Shown here in pieces: positions 39,374 to 49,317 of a stretch of DNA of 64,000 nucleotides; the stretch's first letter is position 1, and the number at the start of each line of letters is the position of its first letter. Below the pieces are notes generated by a model. That model was not told the origin of the DNA and made no database searches. It saw nothing but the letters and a program-made list of their open reading frames with translations. Source of the stretch: Promethearchaeota archaeon (GTDB lineage: Archaea; Asgardarchaeota; Lokiarchaeia; Sigyniarchaeales; SOKP01); NCBI GenBank assembly GCA_019057795.1, contig JAHLWS010000022.1, positions 13,729 to 77,728 of the forward strand, written 5' to 3'. Made by a program: the position numbers and the translations under genes.

Positions 39374-42307
39374 ATGAACGTCTTAGATTGTTATCCCGAA
39401 GAATACAACATCTTATCGTGTAAAATAAGTTTCTTGGAAAACGGCAAAAAAGATATAATTTTCCTGGAAGATTGGAAAAAATACCAAAACGAAAAATATC
39501 CAAGAAACTTAATAAATAGCAATAGTTCTAATTTTTACGTTATTTGCGGGCAAATTTCAAATAATTTGATTGTTTTTGATTTTGATGTAGTTAAAAAAAA
39601 AGAATGTAATTCAGAGGAAATATACGGTAAAATTATCGAAATAGAACCGAGATTTAAGGAAGCCTTAACGATCCAAACTCAATCAGGTGGTCTTCACTTT
39701 CACGTTCAAGTCGAATCGATGGATTGCTATAATATGCTTAGTAGAAATAAGGATATACCGTGTAATCTCGAAGAGATTGACCATATCGACGTTCAAGGAG
39801 AAAAGAAAATCGCAATTTTATGGACCAAGATTATCAACCAAGAAAAGCCTTTAAAAATTACTAATTCGGAGTTTTATGAAATACTTGGTAAATTTAAGGG
39901 AAAAGAAGAAAAAGCGTTAGAAGTACCTAAAAAAGAAGTAAAAACAACGATTAATAACATTGATCTTAACAAATTGGATAAACCATATCGAGATTTTTTA
40001 AACGGTAAATTTAAAATTGATAAATATTGCGAAAAAACGGGGATTGGTGAAAACCAATATTGGAAGGATTTGTATTGGCACGTGTTAAAGAGGTTAGGAT
40101 TGTACCATTACGACCTATATCCAATTTTGGAGAAAACTCAACCGGAATTTTCTAAAGAGAAAACAGAGGCGCAATTGAAGTATAAATACCACGATTATAG
40201 GCTTCCATTCAACACAAAATCCAAACCAGGATTTATAAAAAAATCCAAATATGAACTTTATCCCGAATACTACAAAGAAACTGAAGAAATAATTACCGAT
40301 CGTGAAAAATTACGGAAAATATATCAAATACAAACAGGTAAGAGGGCAACTTGGATTCGTGATGGAAAAGAATTTTCTACAAATGATTTTTCGAGATGGG
40401 AGGCTAAGGTAAAAGGTAAAGCGTCGGAAGAAACAGTAAAACGCCAAGAAGAGCAAATCGTTGAAGAATTAATCGATGAATTCGATCTTCTCGTGTTAGA
40501 CGACACCAAACAAATACTTGTTAGGGAATACATGGCTTATCTATTTGAAATGAGAAATTTTGAAGACGAATTAAAAAGTAAAATCTTCCGAATAGAAAAA
40601 GGTTCTTATTCAAACGTTAAAAAAGATATTTTAGCCATGATAAAGGACGACAAACGAGTTAGGGTTAAACGAGATGAGTTCTATAACAAAACAGACATAA
40701 TACCGTTCAAAAATGGTGTTTACGATTTTAAAACTGATTATTTTTTTAAAATCGAACGAGTAAAGGATTTTAAATTCTTTTACGAAATATCGCACGATTA
40801 TAGGGAAGATAAAGAATATAAATGTCTTAAATTTAAAAAAATCTTAGTACAATGGATAGACAAAAAAACAAAGCAATATCATCGCAAAGGAAAAAGAAAA
40901 TTTCTATTAAACGATATTTTTGAAGCAATTGGATTAACTATGACCATGAACACCGGGTTTAAGAAGCATTTTATACCTTTAGGACCTACTGACGCGGGAA
41001 AAACGCAGTTCGGAAACATTAGAAACGCCCTTTTTGACAATAGAAACATGGTTGGAAGTTCTTTACAACGCATTGGTTCGAACGAATTTGGAACGGATAA
41101 TTTACAGTTCAAGGTAGCTCTGGCCTGCGACGAGCTTCCCGAAGGATTAATAAAACAAACGGGACCTATAAAAAACCTTTTAGGAGGAACTACGTTGATG
41201 CAAGGCGAACTTAAAGGAGGTAAAAAGTTTTTGTTTAAACCTTACGTAAAATGTTGGTTTAACGCTAATAAACCGGCAGAACTCAAGAATCCAAACGATC
41301 CCGCTTTTTACAATCGATTCATATTTATCTTTTTTCCTAACGAGTTTAAACAAGGCGATAAAACGTTTACTAACGACATCTGGGAAGACATCGTAAACGA
41401 CGACGACGAGATGCAGGGTATTATCCACGAAGCAATCGAAGGATATAAAAGGATTTTAGAGCGTAAAGGTTTTCGAAAAGAAGTAACCGAAAATACCCGA
41501 CACATTTGGCTTTACAATTCGGACCCAATATACAAGTTCCTACATAATTACACCGATAAAGACGACGAGTATCACGGTAAAATTACTGCAAAAGATTTTT
41601 TAGAAAAGTTTGCCGTTTACGGAAACGTTGCTTGGTCAGCCCAAAAAGTTTATGTCCGCCTCAACCAATATGGCGTGGTAAAATATATGGGTGATGAGTT
41701 CCAGAAACTTCGAGGTATTAAATGGAAGGAAGGAGTATGGGATGACGAGAATAACAAGGATGAGATAGAAAAGAAGAAAGAAAAAACACCTAAAATCATG
41801 GACGAATTTTTTTTAAAAGAAGAGCCTGAAATAATCGAACAACCAACTTTTGAACTTTTATTTACTCCCGAAGAAAAAGAATTAATCAAAAAGTTACAAG
41901 GAGAATTAGATTACATGAAAATACCCGTTTCGATGGACAATTTATGGGTTACTACGGGAGCAGATAAAGACTTTACTTTCCCGGAATTTGAAGCCATTAT
42001 CGAAAAATTGGATTTAATCGTCGAAGACGAAGAATTTGGATACAAAACGGTGAGATTACCTAAAAAAGAAACACAAATTATAGAAGAAGTAGATCCTTAT
42101 AATTTAGAAAAAAATATTGAGAAATTAGAAAAAGAAATTAAAGAAAAACAAGATGAACTTAAAAAGATTGACGATATCGAGAAAGTTAAAGAGATACAGA
42201 AAGAAATATATATAAAAAAAAAAGATCTAAAATTTTTCAAAGAAATAGAAAAAAAAGAAAACGAAGGTTTTGATAATTTAACAAAACTTTTGAAAGGTGA
42301 ACTCTAA
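39374..42307 (+). CDS. Primase-helicase: N-terminal Prim-Pol (AEP) domain plus D5-like SF3 helicase
   Basis: LIVFDFD (DxD), TQSGGLHFH, IPFKNGVYD (D5_N), GPTDAGKT (Walker A), CDELP (Walker B), FNAN (motif C), AFYNRF. Confidence 0.9.
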   Translation: MNVLDCYPEEYNILSCKISFLENGKKDIIFLEDWKKYQNEKYPRNLINSNSSNFYVICGQISNNLIVFDFDVVKKKECNSEEIYGKIIEIEPRFKEALTIQTQSGGLHFHVQVESMDCYNMLSRNKDIPCNLEEIDHIDVQGEKKIAILWTKIINQEKPLKITNSEFYEILGKFKGKEEKALEVPKKEVKTTINNIDLNKLDKPYRDFLNGKFKIDKYCEKTGIGENQYWKDLYWHVLKRLGLYHYDLYPILEKTQPEFSKEKTEAQLKYKYHDYRLPFNTKSKPGFIKKSKYELYPEYYKETEEIITDREKLRKIYQIQTGKRATWIRDGKEFSTNDFSRWEAKVKGKASEETVKRQEEQIVEELIDEFDLLVLDDTKQILVREYMAYLFEMRNFEDELKSKIFRIEKGSYSNVKKDILAMIKDDKRVRVKRDEFYNKTDIIPFKNGVYDFKTDYFFKIERVKDFKFFYEISHDYREDKEYKCLKFKKILVQWIDKKTKQYHRKGKRKFLLNDIFEAIGLTMTMNTGFKKHFIPLGPTDAGKTQFGNIRNALFDNRNMVGSSLQRIGSNEFGTDNLQFKVALACDELPEGLIKQTGPIKNLLGGTTLMQGELKGGKKFLFKPYVKCWFNANKPAELKNPNDPAFYNRFIFIFFPNEFKQGDKTFTNDIWEDIVNDDDEMQGIIHEAIEGYKRILERKGFRKEVTENTRHIWLYNSDPIYKFLHNYTDKDDEYHGKITAKDFLEKFAVYGNVAWSAQKVYVRLNQYGVVKYMGDEFQKLRGIKWKEGVWDDENNKDEIEKKKEKTPKIMDEFFLKEEPEIIEQPTFELLFTPEEKELIKKLQGELDYMKIPVSMDNLWVTTGADKDFTFPEFEAIIEKLDLIVEDEEFGYKTVRLPKKETQIIEEVDPYNLEKNIEKLEKEIKEKQDELKKIDDIEKVKEIQKEIYIKKKDLKFFKEIEKKENEGFDNLTKLLKGEL

Positions 42308-42634
42308 ATGACGTTAAAGATTAAAGAATCCGAAACCCTCGAGCATTACAACGCCATCGCTTACAAATACTATTTAAATTCGGGCGAAAAAAGGGAATGG
42401 CGTAGGGATTTTTGTAGAACTACTCCGTTTCACAAAGGTAAAGAGGCGCTTAAACAACACTACGCCGAAAACGGAGCGGTCAAATGTTTTATGTGTAATA
42501 AACCAATCTTAAGAGGCGAACGCACCCAAATCCTTTACCTAACCGGGATTCCCGACCCAAGAAAAATATTCAATCCAAAAACGGCTAAAATATGCCATAG
42601 ATCGTGCCTTCAAAGTTCGAGGTTGAGGGTATAA
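42308..42634 (+). CDS. Zn-finger/HNH-like protein
   Basis: CFMC...ICHRSC. The catalytic HNH histidine is not evident. Confidence 0.55.
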   Translation: MTLKIKESETLEHYNAIAYKYYLNSGEKREWRRDFCRTTPFHKGKEALKQHYAENGAVKCFMCNKPILRGERTQILYLTGIPDPRKIFNPKTAKICHRSCLQSSRLRV

Positions 42635-42877
42635 ATGGAAAATTCAAAACTTATCAACCAAGTTTTTTTAAAAGAATACGAGAAAATACAAATAAAATAT
42701 CCTGAATTTGTTAAAAGAATCGAAAATCGAGCTAATTGGATCGCCATCCTCTTAGACAAATCTATTACTTTTCTCAAATTGCTCGGTTTGGAAGGGGAAT
42801 TTAAAAGCAGGTTAAACGATAACGAACTTTTCGTTTACAATTCCATGAAAAAAATAAAAGAGGAAGTGAACAAATAA
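42635..42877 (+). CDS. Hypothetical protein (element)
   Basis: TAA-ATG-coupled ORF. Confidence 0.65.
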   Translation: MENSKLINQVFLKEYEKIQIKYPEFVKRIENRANWIAILLDKSITFLKLLGLEGEFKSRLNDNELFVYNSMKKIKEEVNK

Positions 42878-43282
42878 ATGACATATAGCTCCGAGTTGGA
42901 AATTTACAAACAAGACTTCGATTGCGAATTAAGAGGCGTTATTTCAAAATCTAAAGAATTTCAAGCGCAATTCCCCGATTTAGACGTCCTCGAAAACAAA
43001 CGCTCCGAAAAGGTTAAAAAAGCGTTAGATTCTTTCGTGCAATATCACATAGGAATTTTTGACAAGTTAAAAATCGAAATAGAGTTAGAAATGGCATTAA
43101 ACACCCTAAACGAACGATGTAAGAACGAAATAGAGGAGAGATTACACCCGATCGAAGATTACGAGTATTGGGAAGAAGACGATTTAATAAGCGTTTGTTC
43201 AAATAACGATCTGAAAAATCTATTAAAAATTATAGAAAAAATATCGTTAAATGAATTGATAATTATAGAAAAAGAGGCGTGA
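42878..43282 (+). CDS. Hypothetical protein (element)
   Basis: TAA-ATG-coupled ORF with a GAGG SD. Confidence 0.65.
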   Translation: MTYSSELEIYKQDFDCELRGVISKSKEFQAQFPDLDVLENKRSEKVKKALDSFVQYHIGIFDKLKIEIELEMALNTLNERCKNEIEERLHPIEDYEYWEEDDLISVCSNNDLKNLLKIIEKISLNELIIIEKEA

Positions 43283-43286
43283 AATA

Positions 43287-43427
43287 ATGGAAAACAAGAA
43301 AATAATTGTAATTCACGAAGTACCGTATAAAGTTCTAAAAAAATATTTCGAAGAAGAAAAAACGCTCGAAAGCCTTAAAGCCATAAGGGACTACGAGGAG
43401 TTTGTTAAGAAAAGAATTAAAAATTAA
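43287..43427 (+). CDS. 46-aa hypothetical protein (element)
   Basis: Manual translation MENKKIIVIHEVPYKVLKKYF..., SD GAGGCGTGA. Confidence 0.55.
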   Translation: MENKKIIVIHEVPYKVLKKYFEEEKTLESLKAIRDYEEFVKKRIKN

Positions 43428-43452
43428 ATTATAAAAGAGGTGAAAAAACAAC

Positions 43453-43626
43453 ATGAGCGAAGAATTAACGGAAAACAATAAAAGAACTTTTAAAGCGATT
43501 AATTGGTTAAAAGAAAGGCACGAAACTAACGATTTACTTCACTTGTTAAAAGACGTACCTGAAAACGAGATAAAGATGTTTTTAGAAGTTGGTAAATTTA
43601 TCGAAATGATGGAAAAATTAGAATAA
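43453..43626 (+). CDS. 57-aa hypothetical protein (element)
   Basis: Manual translation MSEELTENNKRTFKAINWLKERH..., SD GAGGTGA. Confidence 0.6.
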   Translation: MSEELTENNKRTFKAINWLKERHETNDLLHLLKDVPENEIKMFLEVGKFIEMMEKLE

Positions 43627-43669
43627 TTAATTTTTTTTATTTTAAATTAAAAATTACCAGGAGAAAATT

Positions 43670-44014
43670 ATGAAAATATTCCATAAAAAAGACCAAGAAA
43701 AAGTTTCTAAAATAGTTCCAGAAAATAATGCAGTTGAAAATGCATTTATAACAAAAAAACAAATTCCCGAAACCGACGAGATCCGCCCATTCCATTTCTC
43801 AAAACATGGCTTCGAAATCCTATGGAACGCGACCAAAAACCACTACGTAATATTTATCAACCCGGAAATTTACGACCTCCCCATCCCCATCATGTATAAA
43901 CTAAACGAGAAGTTATCGGACCTATTCTTCGAGTTCTATTGGGAAGAAAAAAACAAACAAGCCAAAAAAGAATACGAAAACGTCAGACTCGGCAGGTTCA
44001 TAGACGGCGCTTAA
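43670..44014 (+). CDS. Hypothetical protein (element)
   Basis: 114-aa ORF with an AGGAG SD. Confidence 0.65.
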   Translation: MKIFHKKDQEKVSKIVPENNAVENAFITKKQIPETDEIRPFHFSKHGFEILWNATKNHYVIFINPEIYDLPIPIMYKLNEKLSDLFFEFYWEEKNKQAKKEYENVRLGRFIDGA

Positions 44015-44026
44015 ATTTTATTTTTT

Positions 44027-44045
44027 ATCCCATTCGGGATTTTTT
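44027..44045 (+). terminator. Hairpin plus T-tract ending the replication operon
   Basis: ATCCC-attc-GGGAT followed by TTTTT, just after the stop at 44014. Confidence 0.5.
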
Positions 44046-44058
44046 CCCTTCTTAATAA

Positions 44059-44266
44059 AATACTTAAAATACTTAAGAAAATATTTATAAAAAAATATCA
44101 TCACCCTTATACCCATCGCAATTGTTAGTAAAATACTTACAATACTTATGACTTTTTTAAATTACTATATATAAGCAGGGGGTGGGGTATATGTATTTTT
44201 TATAACGATATATACCCCCCAACTTATGACCGTGATGTCACCTATTTTATAAGTATTATAAGTTAA
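44059..44266. other. Candidate replication origin of the element (iteron-like repeats)
   Basis: AATACTTA pairs at 44059/44068 and 44132/44141 (9-bp period), inverted TAAGTATT at 44250, and the inverted repeat GGGGTATAT (44184-44192)/ATATACCCC (44210-44218). Confidence 0.6.
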
Positions 44267-44644
44267 TTTATTTCTCAAAATATTACTAATGTAATAACTC
44301 TTAAATAGCGTTCTTATTACTATTATATATTATTAGAATAAGACTTGAGAAGTGGATTAGGATGGAATTAGAAGGGTTGTAATAGGAAAATAGAATTATG
44401 TTATGACGTGAAAATAATGGAACGAAATATAGAAATTAGGAAAATAAGGGATATATTGGGTATATTTTTAATTTAATTTACTTGGGTTAGGAAGTTGTTA
44501 ATAAAAAAGTACGAATCTACGAATTGAAAGTAAGTGGTAATAAAAGTTGGAATGTTAGAATAATTTAAGGTTATAATTAATTCGAATTTTACTTGATGAA
44601 CTTCTTAAAATATAGATTTTAGGATCGAAAAATGATATTTTAAT

Positions 44645-44773
44645 GATAAGAAATTGGGTATTTTTAGGGAAAATATGTGCTGCCATACTTTTATTGAAAA
44701 GTTTTTAATTTTTGTTCGGATTAATTGTAAAAAATATAAATTTGAATGGCCTTCCATGATAAAAAAATAATCC
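44645..44773 (+). repeat. Diverged ~130-bp repeat, copy 2 (copy 1 at 35283-35412)
   Basis: See copy 1. Confidence 0.75.
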
Positions 44774-44972
44774 CATCCTTTACCCACGAAAGTTGGTAAA
44801 GAAAAATAATTTAGAATTGACGGAAAAACTTTTTTCCTAATCAGAAAAATCTATTTTTTTAACCGTTAATAGAATATTCACCTAACGGTCGATCGTTGTT
44901 ATTTTTTAACAAATTATTAATGAGAAATAGCCTAAGAACGTAGAATAAGCGTAAATAAATAATTTATTGAAG

Positions 44973-45272
44973 TTATTTTATAATTTTATAGGTTTTGGCG
45001 TTGTATTTCTCGATGGCTCCTGAGATTTTGTAAGGAGCAAGTAATTTCCCTATTTTTCTTATTAATTTTTGAATTATGGCGCGGTCTTTTGTTAAGTCGT
45101 TAAAGGTTATTTGATAATTGGCGCTGAGGTAATCTATGGCTATATCGCGGGTTTTGAAATAGGAGTGTTTTGCTACGAATTGTTTGACGAAGGGTTCTAA
45201 TTGGTTTAAGTTTGGGTTATTTTCCGGGTTTATAGAGGAATCGTATTGGAATAATTTGTTGTTTATTACCAT
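44973..45272 (-). CDS. Winged-helix-like DNA-binding protein (element)
   Basis: FKTRDIA...LIRKIGKLL....GAIEKYNAKTYKII pattern. Confidence 0.55.
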   Translation of the reverse strand: MVINNKLFQYDSSINPENNPNLNQLEPFVKQFVAKHSYFKTRDIAIDYLSANYQITFNDLTKDRAIIQKLIRKIGKLLAPYKISGAIEKYNAKTYKIIK

Positions 45273-45343
45273 TAATAAGGCCTATTTTTGTTAAAATAAA
45301 TTACGATTTAGGTATAAATTGACTACTATTTGAAGTAAATTTA

Positions 45344-45778
45344 CTAATATCTGTGGGAGCGTAGGGCGAGGGTAATGGCGTTTAATCGTTCGAGTTCGGA
45401 TTGTTCTTTTTCGATTATTTTATCTGCGACTACTTCGGGAATGGGTTGGAATTCGTTTTTAGAATAGAAGGGGATGTCGTATCCCTTTCTTATTGCTTGT
45501 AATTGGTCTTTAGGTGGAGTTGCTGGGTGGCCGAATTGCTCAAAATATTGACATCGGTAAACGTGGAGCTTGTTTTTGAAGTCGTTTATGTTAGCAATGA
45601 AAGGTCGATATTCTTCCTGGAAGTAATTACAAGCCTGATCCAACGTAGAAAGCGGGTAATCCCGCATGAATTTAAATAGTTTAGAGCGTAGGGAACCGGG
45701 TCTGAAGGCTCGGGAAAAGCGTTGGGAGTATCTTGGCGTCTTATAGTTGATTTTTTTCCGGGTTCGGTTTAATAGCAT
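45344..45778 (-). CDS. Basic hypothetical protein (element)
   Basis: 144-aa ORF with an Arg/Lys-rich N-terminus, divergent from the structural-like operon. Confidence 0.6.
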   Translation of the reverse strand: MLLNRTRKKINYKTPRYSQRFSRAFRPGSLRSKLFKFMRDYPLSTLDQACNYFQEEYRPFIANINDFKNKLHVYRCQYFEQFGHPATPPKDQLQAIRKGYDIPFYSKNEFQPIPEVVADKIIEKEQSELERLNAITLALRSHRY

Positions 45779-46002
45779 AATAAAATAAAATAGGAAGAGA
45801 GGCTTATATCAACTTCCTATTAGTTTAAATTTTTTAATTAGATTTAGGTTATTAGATATATGTTTAAGAAACATATAATATTATTTATTTATGGGTTAGA
45901 TTCATAAGTTTTATAAAGTGTTATTACCAATTATCAATATGAGAAGTAGGAAGTTAATTCTTACTTCTAAAAAAATTATAAAAAGGGTTGATAAAAAAAA
46001 AC

Positions 46003-46950
46003 ATGAGTATTCAAGATTTAAAAAAGAACTTAGACGCGAAAATGAAGGGTTTGAGGTCGCTTAAGTTTGGTTTTACCGATAACGCGACTCCGAGTTTTAC
46101 CGAAGTGGCCGATGGGATCGATATTGACGCTTCGGGAGTAGCTTTTGATAAAAATAAACTTGCTGAGAAAATCGAACTCGCTAAAAAAGAAAAATTAGAT
46201 TTACAAAAAAAGAAAGATGGCGCTATTAAAGACGACGAGGTTTACACGGGCGAGGATTCGACGGGTTTTGGTGGTCAGGGCGATAAGGAGCAATTTATAT
46301 TGGCTTGTATGCAGGCAGGCGGGAGTTTAGAGAATTGCGAAAAGACTTGGTTGTTAAAGTTAGCCGGTTATGGTATGACGCCTGAGTTGGCAAAATTAAT
46401 TGAAACTTTAGGGAAAACGAAAAGCGTTGACACGCTCGAGTATCGAGACGGCGATTTAGAGCGCATAAAGAACGATTTTGGAGTGGATTTAAAGCCTATA
46501 ATCGAGAAGCTAAAGAGAGTAGACGGGATATGTGCTAACAATAAAAAGTTGGTCGCGGAAAACAAAAAACTTAAAGACGATTTGGTCGGAATGAAGTCTA
46601 TTTACGATGCGTTGCAGACGAGTTGGGTAAAGAAAGCAGAGGATCGAAAGCTCGAGTTAAAGGAAGTATTATCTAAAGATTACGACGAAACCGACGATTT
46701 TTTGAAAGAAAAGAGTTTAGAAGATCTCGAAAGTTACCTAAGAATCTATAAAAAGGTTGGTAAAAAAGACGACGGCGTTAAGCTTACTCCCGAAGAGGAG
46801 CGGGAAAAAGACATGAACGATAAATCCAATGGTATCGAATTACCACATCGTATTAATCAAGGCGGTATAATTAGCGATTTTGAGGGTTATATCGATCGAA
46901 AGATGGAAATAGAGCGAAAAGAAAAGTTTGGGTGGGGTAAGGAAGAATAA
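46003..46950 (+). CDS. Charged coiled-coil protein, possible capsid scaffold-like
   Basis: Asp/Glu/Lys-rich with coiled-coil heptads, first gene of the rightward operon. The function is inferred. Confidence 0.6.
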   Translation: MSIQDLKKNLDAKMKGLRSLKFGFTDNATPSFTEVADGIDIDASGVAFDKNKLAEKIELAKKEKLDLQKKKDGAIKDDEVYTGEDSTGFGGQGDKEQFILACMQAGGSLENCEKTWLLKLAGYGMTPELAKLIETLGKTKSVDTLEYRDGDLERIKNDFGVDLKPIIEKLKRVDGICANNKKLVAENKKLKDDLVGMKSIYDALQTSWVKKAEDRKLELKEVLSKDYDETDDFLKEKSLEDLESYLRIYKKVGKKDDGVKLTPEEEREKDMNDKSNGIELPHRINQGGIISDFEGYIDRKMEIERKEKFGWGKEE

Positions 46951-47699
46951 TGGGATTCGAGGATTTAAAAGGTTTGAGTAAGGCGGAACTTTACGTCGTT
47001 TTAACTGATTTAGCAAACACTCGAACTAACGCCTTCGGATTTAATGAATCTGGTCAACAGATTTACGATTTAGCGGAGGGTTTGAAGTTTGGCGTTTTAA
47101 CGCCTGAGGATATAGTTGGATCGGGAGATTTAGACGGTATAATAAGCGATTTTGTTGAGGAAGTTAAAGACGACGGGATATCTCCTGAAATGATAAACGA
47201 GATTTTAGTGGATAAGTTTCACGTAGGTAAAAAGCTCGAGATTGATAAGACCGGAAAAGCCAGATACGTGAAAGACGATGGAGCGCCTCAGGATTTTGAA
47301 GTTTACCTTAGGAAGCCTGAAGTGGAAGTTAAACCCGAGATTAAAGAAGATTTTACTGAAAAAATCTTAATGGTCAAACTTAAAGAAAAGAGCGATAATT
47401 TGGGTAAAGAATACCCGGAATTGTTTGGTAAAGATACTACTATTGACGACGCAGTCGCTTTAAAGAAAAAACTCTTAAAAGAGAAAGCAGAACTCGAGGA
47501 TAAGATTAAAGAAGACGGAGTAAAAGAAGGTTATAGCAAACAAGAAATCGAATATTACGTAAATAATTTACTCGAAGATTTAGAGAAAAAAGACGATTTT
47601 GTCGATGCAGAGACTTTAAAGAGTTATAATAGCATAAAAGGTAAGTTAAAAGCCAATTTACAAGAGATTTTATTGGAATTTAACGATAAAGGGGAGTAA
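46950..47699 (+). CDS. Charged coiled-coil protein related to the preceding gene
   Basis: Shares GIISDF, LKFG and KDDG motifs with 46003-46950. Confidence 0.6.
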   Translation: MGFEDLKGLSKAELYVVLTDLANTRTNAFGFNESGQQIYDLAEGLKFGVLTPEDIVGSGDLDGIISDFVEEVKDDGISPEMINEILVDKFHVGKKLEIDKTGKARYVKDDGAPQDFEVYLRKPEVEVKPEIKEDFTEKILMVKLKEKSDNLGKEYPELFGKDTTIDDAVALKKKLLKEKAELEDKIKEDGVKEGYSKQEIEYYVNNLLEDLEKKDDFVDAETLKSYNSIKGKLKANLQEILLEFNDKGE

Positions 47700-47701
47700 T
47701 C

Positions 47702-48178
47702 GTGCCGGTGCGACAAGTAGACGTATTGGAAGTATTATTTAACTCTTCTATACCGTTAAGCGTTAACGATATCGTTGGTAAGTTAAATCTCAACGAATCT
47801 ATTGAAAGTACGCTAAAAACAACGCCAAAAAAAAGAGTCTCGACGTGTTTGCGTTATTTAGAAAAAAAAGGTCATGTAGCGAGTTATAAATTTCACGAAA
47901 AAGACGAGATTGTATATAGACACAAAGGAGAAATGATTAAGGATTTAATCGTTCACGTTATGGTTTCGAACTTACATCCTTTCTACAAAACCGAATTTAT
48001 GGAATTAGTGTCTCCGGCGTTAACCGACGAGAAACGCGAGATTATTGGTAAGGAAATCGAAGTTTATAAAGCTTATTTAAAAGAAAAAGGTCCGAACGAA
48101 AAAAGTCTTGAGGAAGTTCGAGACAAAGTAATACGAATTAATTATTATAACGAAAAAAAGAACGAATATTTTACTTAA
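47702..48178 (+). CDS. Winged-helix DNA-binding protein (element)
   Basis: VLEVL.....PLSVNDIV..L...KRVSTCLRYLEKKGHV. Confidence 0.65.
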   Translation: MPVRQVDVLEVLFNSSIPLSVNDIVGKLNLNESIESTLKTTPKKRVSTCLRYLEKKGHVASYKFHEKDEIVYRHKGEMIKDLIVHVMVSNLHPFYKTEFMELVSPALTDEKREIIGKEIEVYKAYLKEKGPNEKSLEEVRDKVIRINYYNEKKNEYFT

Positions 48179-48193
48179 ATAGGTGAAAAAATT

Positions 48194-48988
48194 ATGAGTT
48201 TAGTAAAATTGGAAGGTTATTTAGAAAGAATTACGGACCCGAATAGAAGAAGCGTGTTAAGAGCCGTTAAGAAGTACGTGGTCGAATTAGAAGGGTATTC
48301 AAGTAGAGTTGGCGAGTTCGCTAAGAGATATACGGTGACCGACCCTAACGATATAGCTTTTTACGAAGGAGCCGGGATTAACTTAAGCAAGGATTTCCCA
48401 ACGCAAATAGCGGAATTTAAAGAAAGGATCGTTAGGGAAGCTATAAACGGTAGTATCGATAAACAACTTATAGAAAACGTCTTGGCCTATTTTTGTTGCG
48501 ACGTGGTTAAAATCGAAAAGTTATGGGACGATTTAGTGAACCCTAAAAGCGTCGATGGGGAGAAAGAATTAATCGAAAAAATAGCCGGTTTTCAAAAGGC
48601 TCTGAACGGTCTTACTTGGCATCCAAGGTCTCACGCGCTCGATAAAAGCGAGACCGAATTAATCGTATCCCGTATTTTAGAGCGATTGCGTAAGCACGGG
48701 TTAAAGGGGATTGGAAGGCCGTTTTTGATCCGCTTGAAAGTTTTGAAAAAGTCGCCCGAAAAAGAAGGAGAGCCGGTAACCATCGAAGAGATGGAAGTAA
48801 TTGCGAATAGGATCGAGAAGGAAGTTAAATATTGGGAAGAATTGCTTACAGAACACGCGAATAAATGTGCCGAATCGAAAATGATTAAAGAGATAATGCG
48901 GGAACAAAAGAAAGAATTCCCTAAAATAACGCCTGAAATCGTAAAGGAAGAAATAATAGGGAAAATATCGCTTAATAAAACGGGTTGA
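48194..48988 (+). CDS. Hypothetical protein (element)
   Basis: 264-aa ORF, SD AGGTGA. Confidence 0.7.
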   Translation: MSLVKLEGYLERITDPNRRSVLRAVKKYVVELEGYSSRVGEFAKRYTVTDPNDIAFYEGAGINLSKDFPTQIAEFKERIVREAINGSIDKQLIENVLAYFCCDVVKIEKLWDDLVNPKSVDGEKELIEKIAGFQKALNGLTWHPRSHALDKSETELIVSRILERLRKHGLKGIGRPFLIRLKVLKKSPEKEGEPVTIEEMEVIANRIEKEVKYWEELLTEHANKCAESKMIKEIMREQKKEFPKITPEIVKEEIIGKISLNKTG

Positions 48989-49317
48989 TCGTTATTATAG
49001 AAGGAAATACTCCGATTACGATTCGAATAGAGACGCCTGAAAGGGCTATATTGCGGGAAATCAACGAGAATCTCTATAATGGAGACCATAATTACGGACC
49101 ATTGTTACAACGGATTTGTAATTTTGCAGTTCACGAATTTATGAGAGAATATAAAGATTCGAAAAAGAATCAAGCGATTAAAGATCGTAAGGACGGTTTA
49201 CAAGACCTACGGGAAACGCTTATAATCGAAGGGCTTCCAAAATTAGAGAAGGAAATTATAGGGTTAGGGGTTTCGAACGCTCGTAGTTTCTTTTCTAAGA
49301 TGTTCGAGAAAAAATAG
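48985..49317 (+). CDS. Hypothetical protein (element)
   Basis: 110-aa ORF overlapping the previous stop (TTGA), followed by a G/C hairpin at 49337-49363. Confidence 0.6.
   Translation: MIVIIEGNTPITIRIETPERAILREINENLYNGDHNYGPLLQRICNFAVHEFMREYKDSKKNQAIKDRKDGLQDLRETLIIEGLPKLEKEIIGLGVSNARSFFSKMFEKK

Noticed and set aside
39171-39377. 68-aa ORF before the primase
   Set aside because: It overlaps the better-supported coupled ORF 39074-39238 and crosses a hairpin/T-tract.
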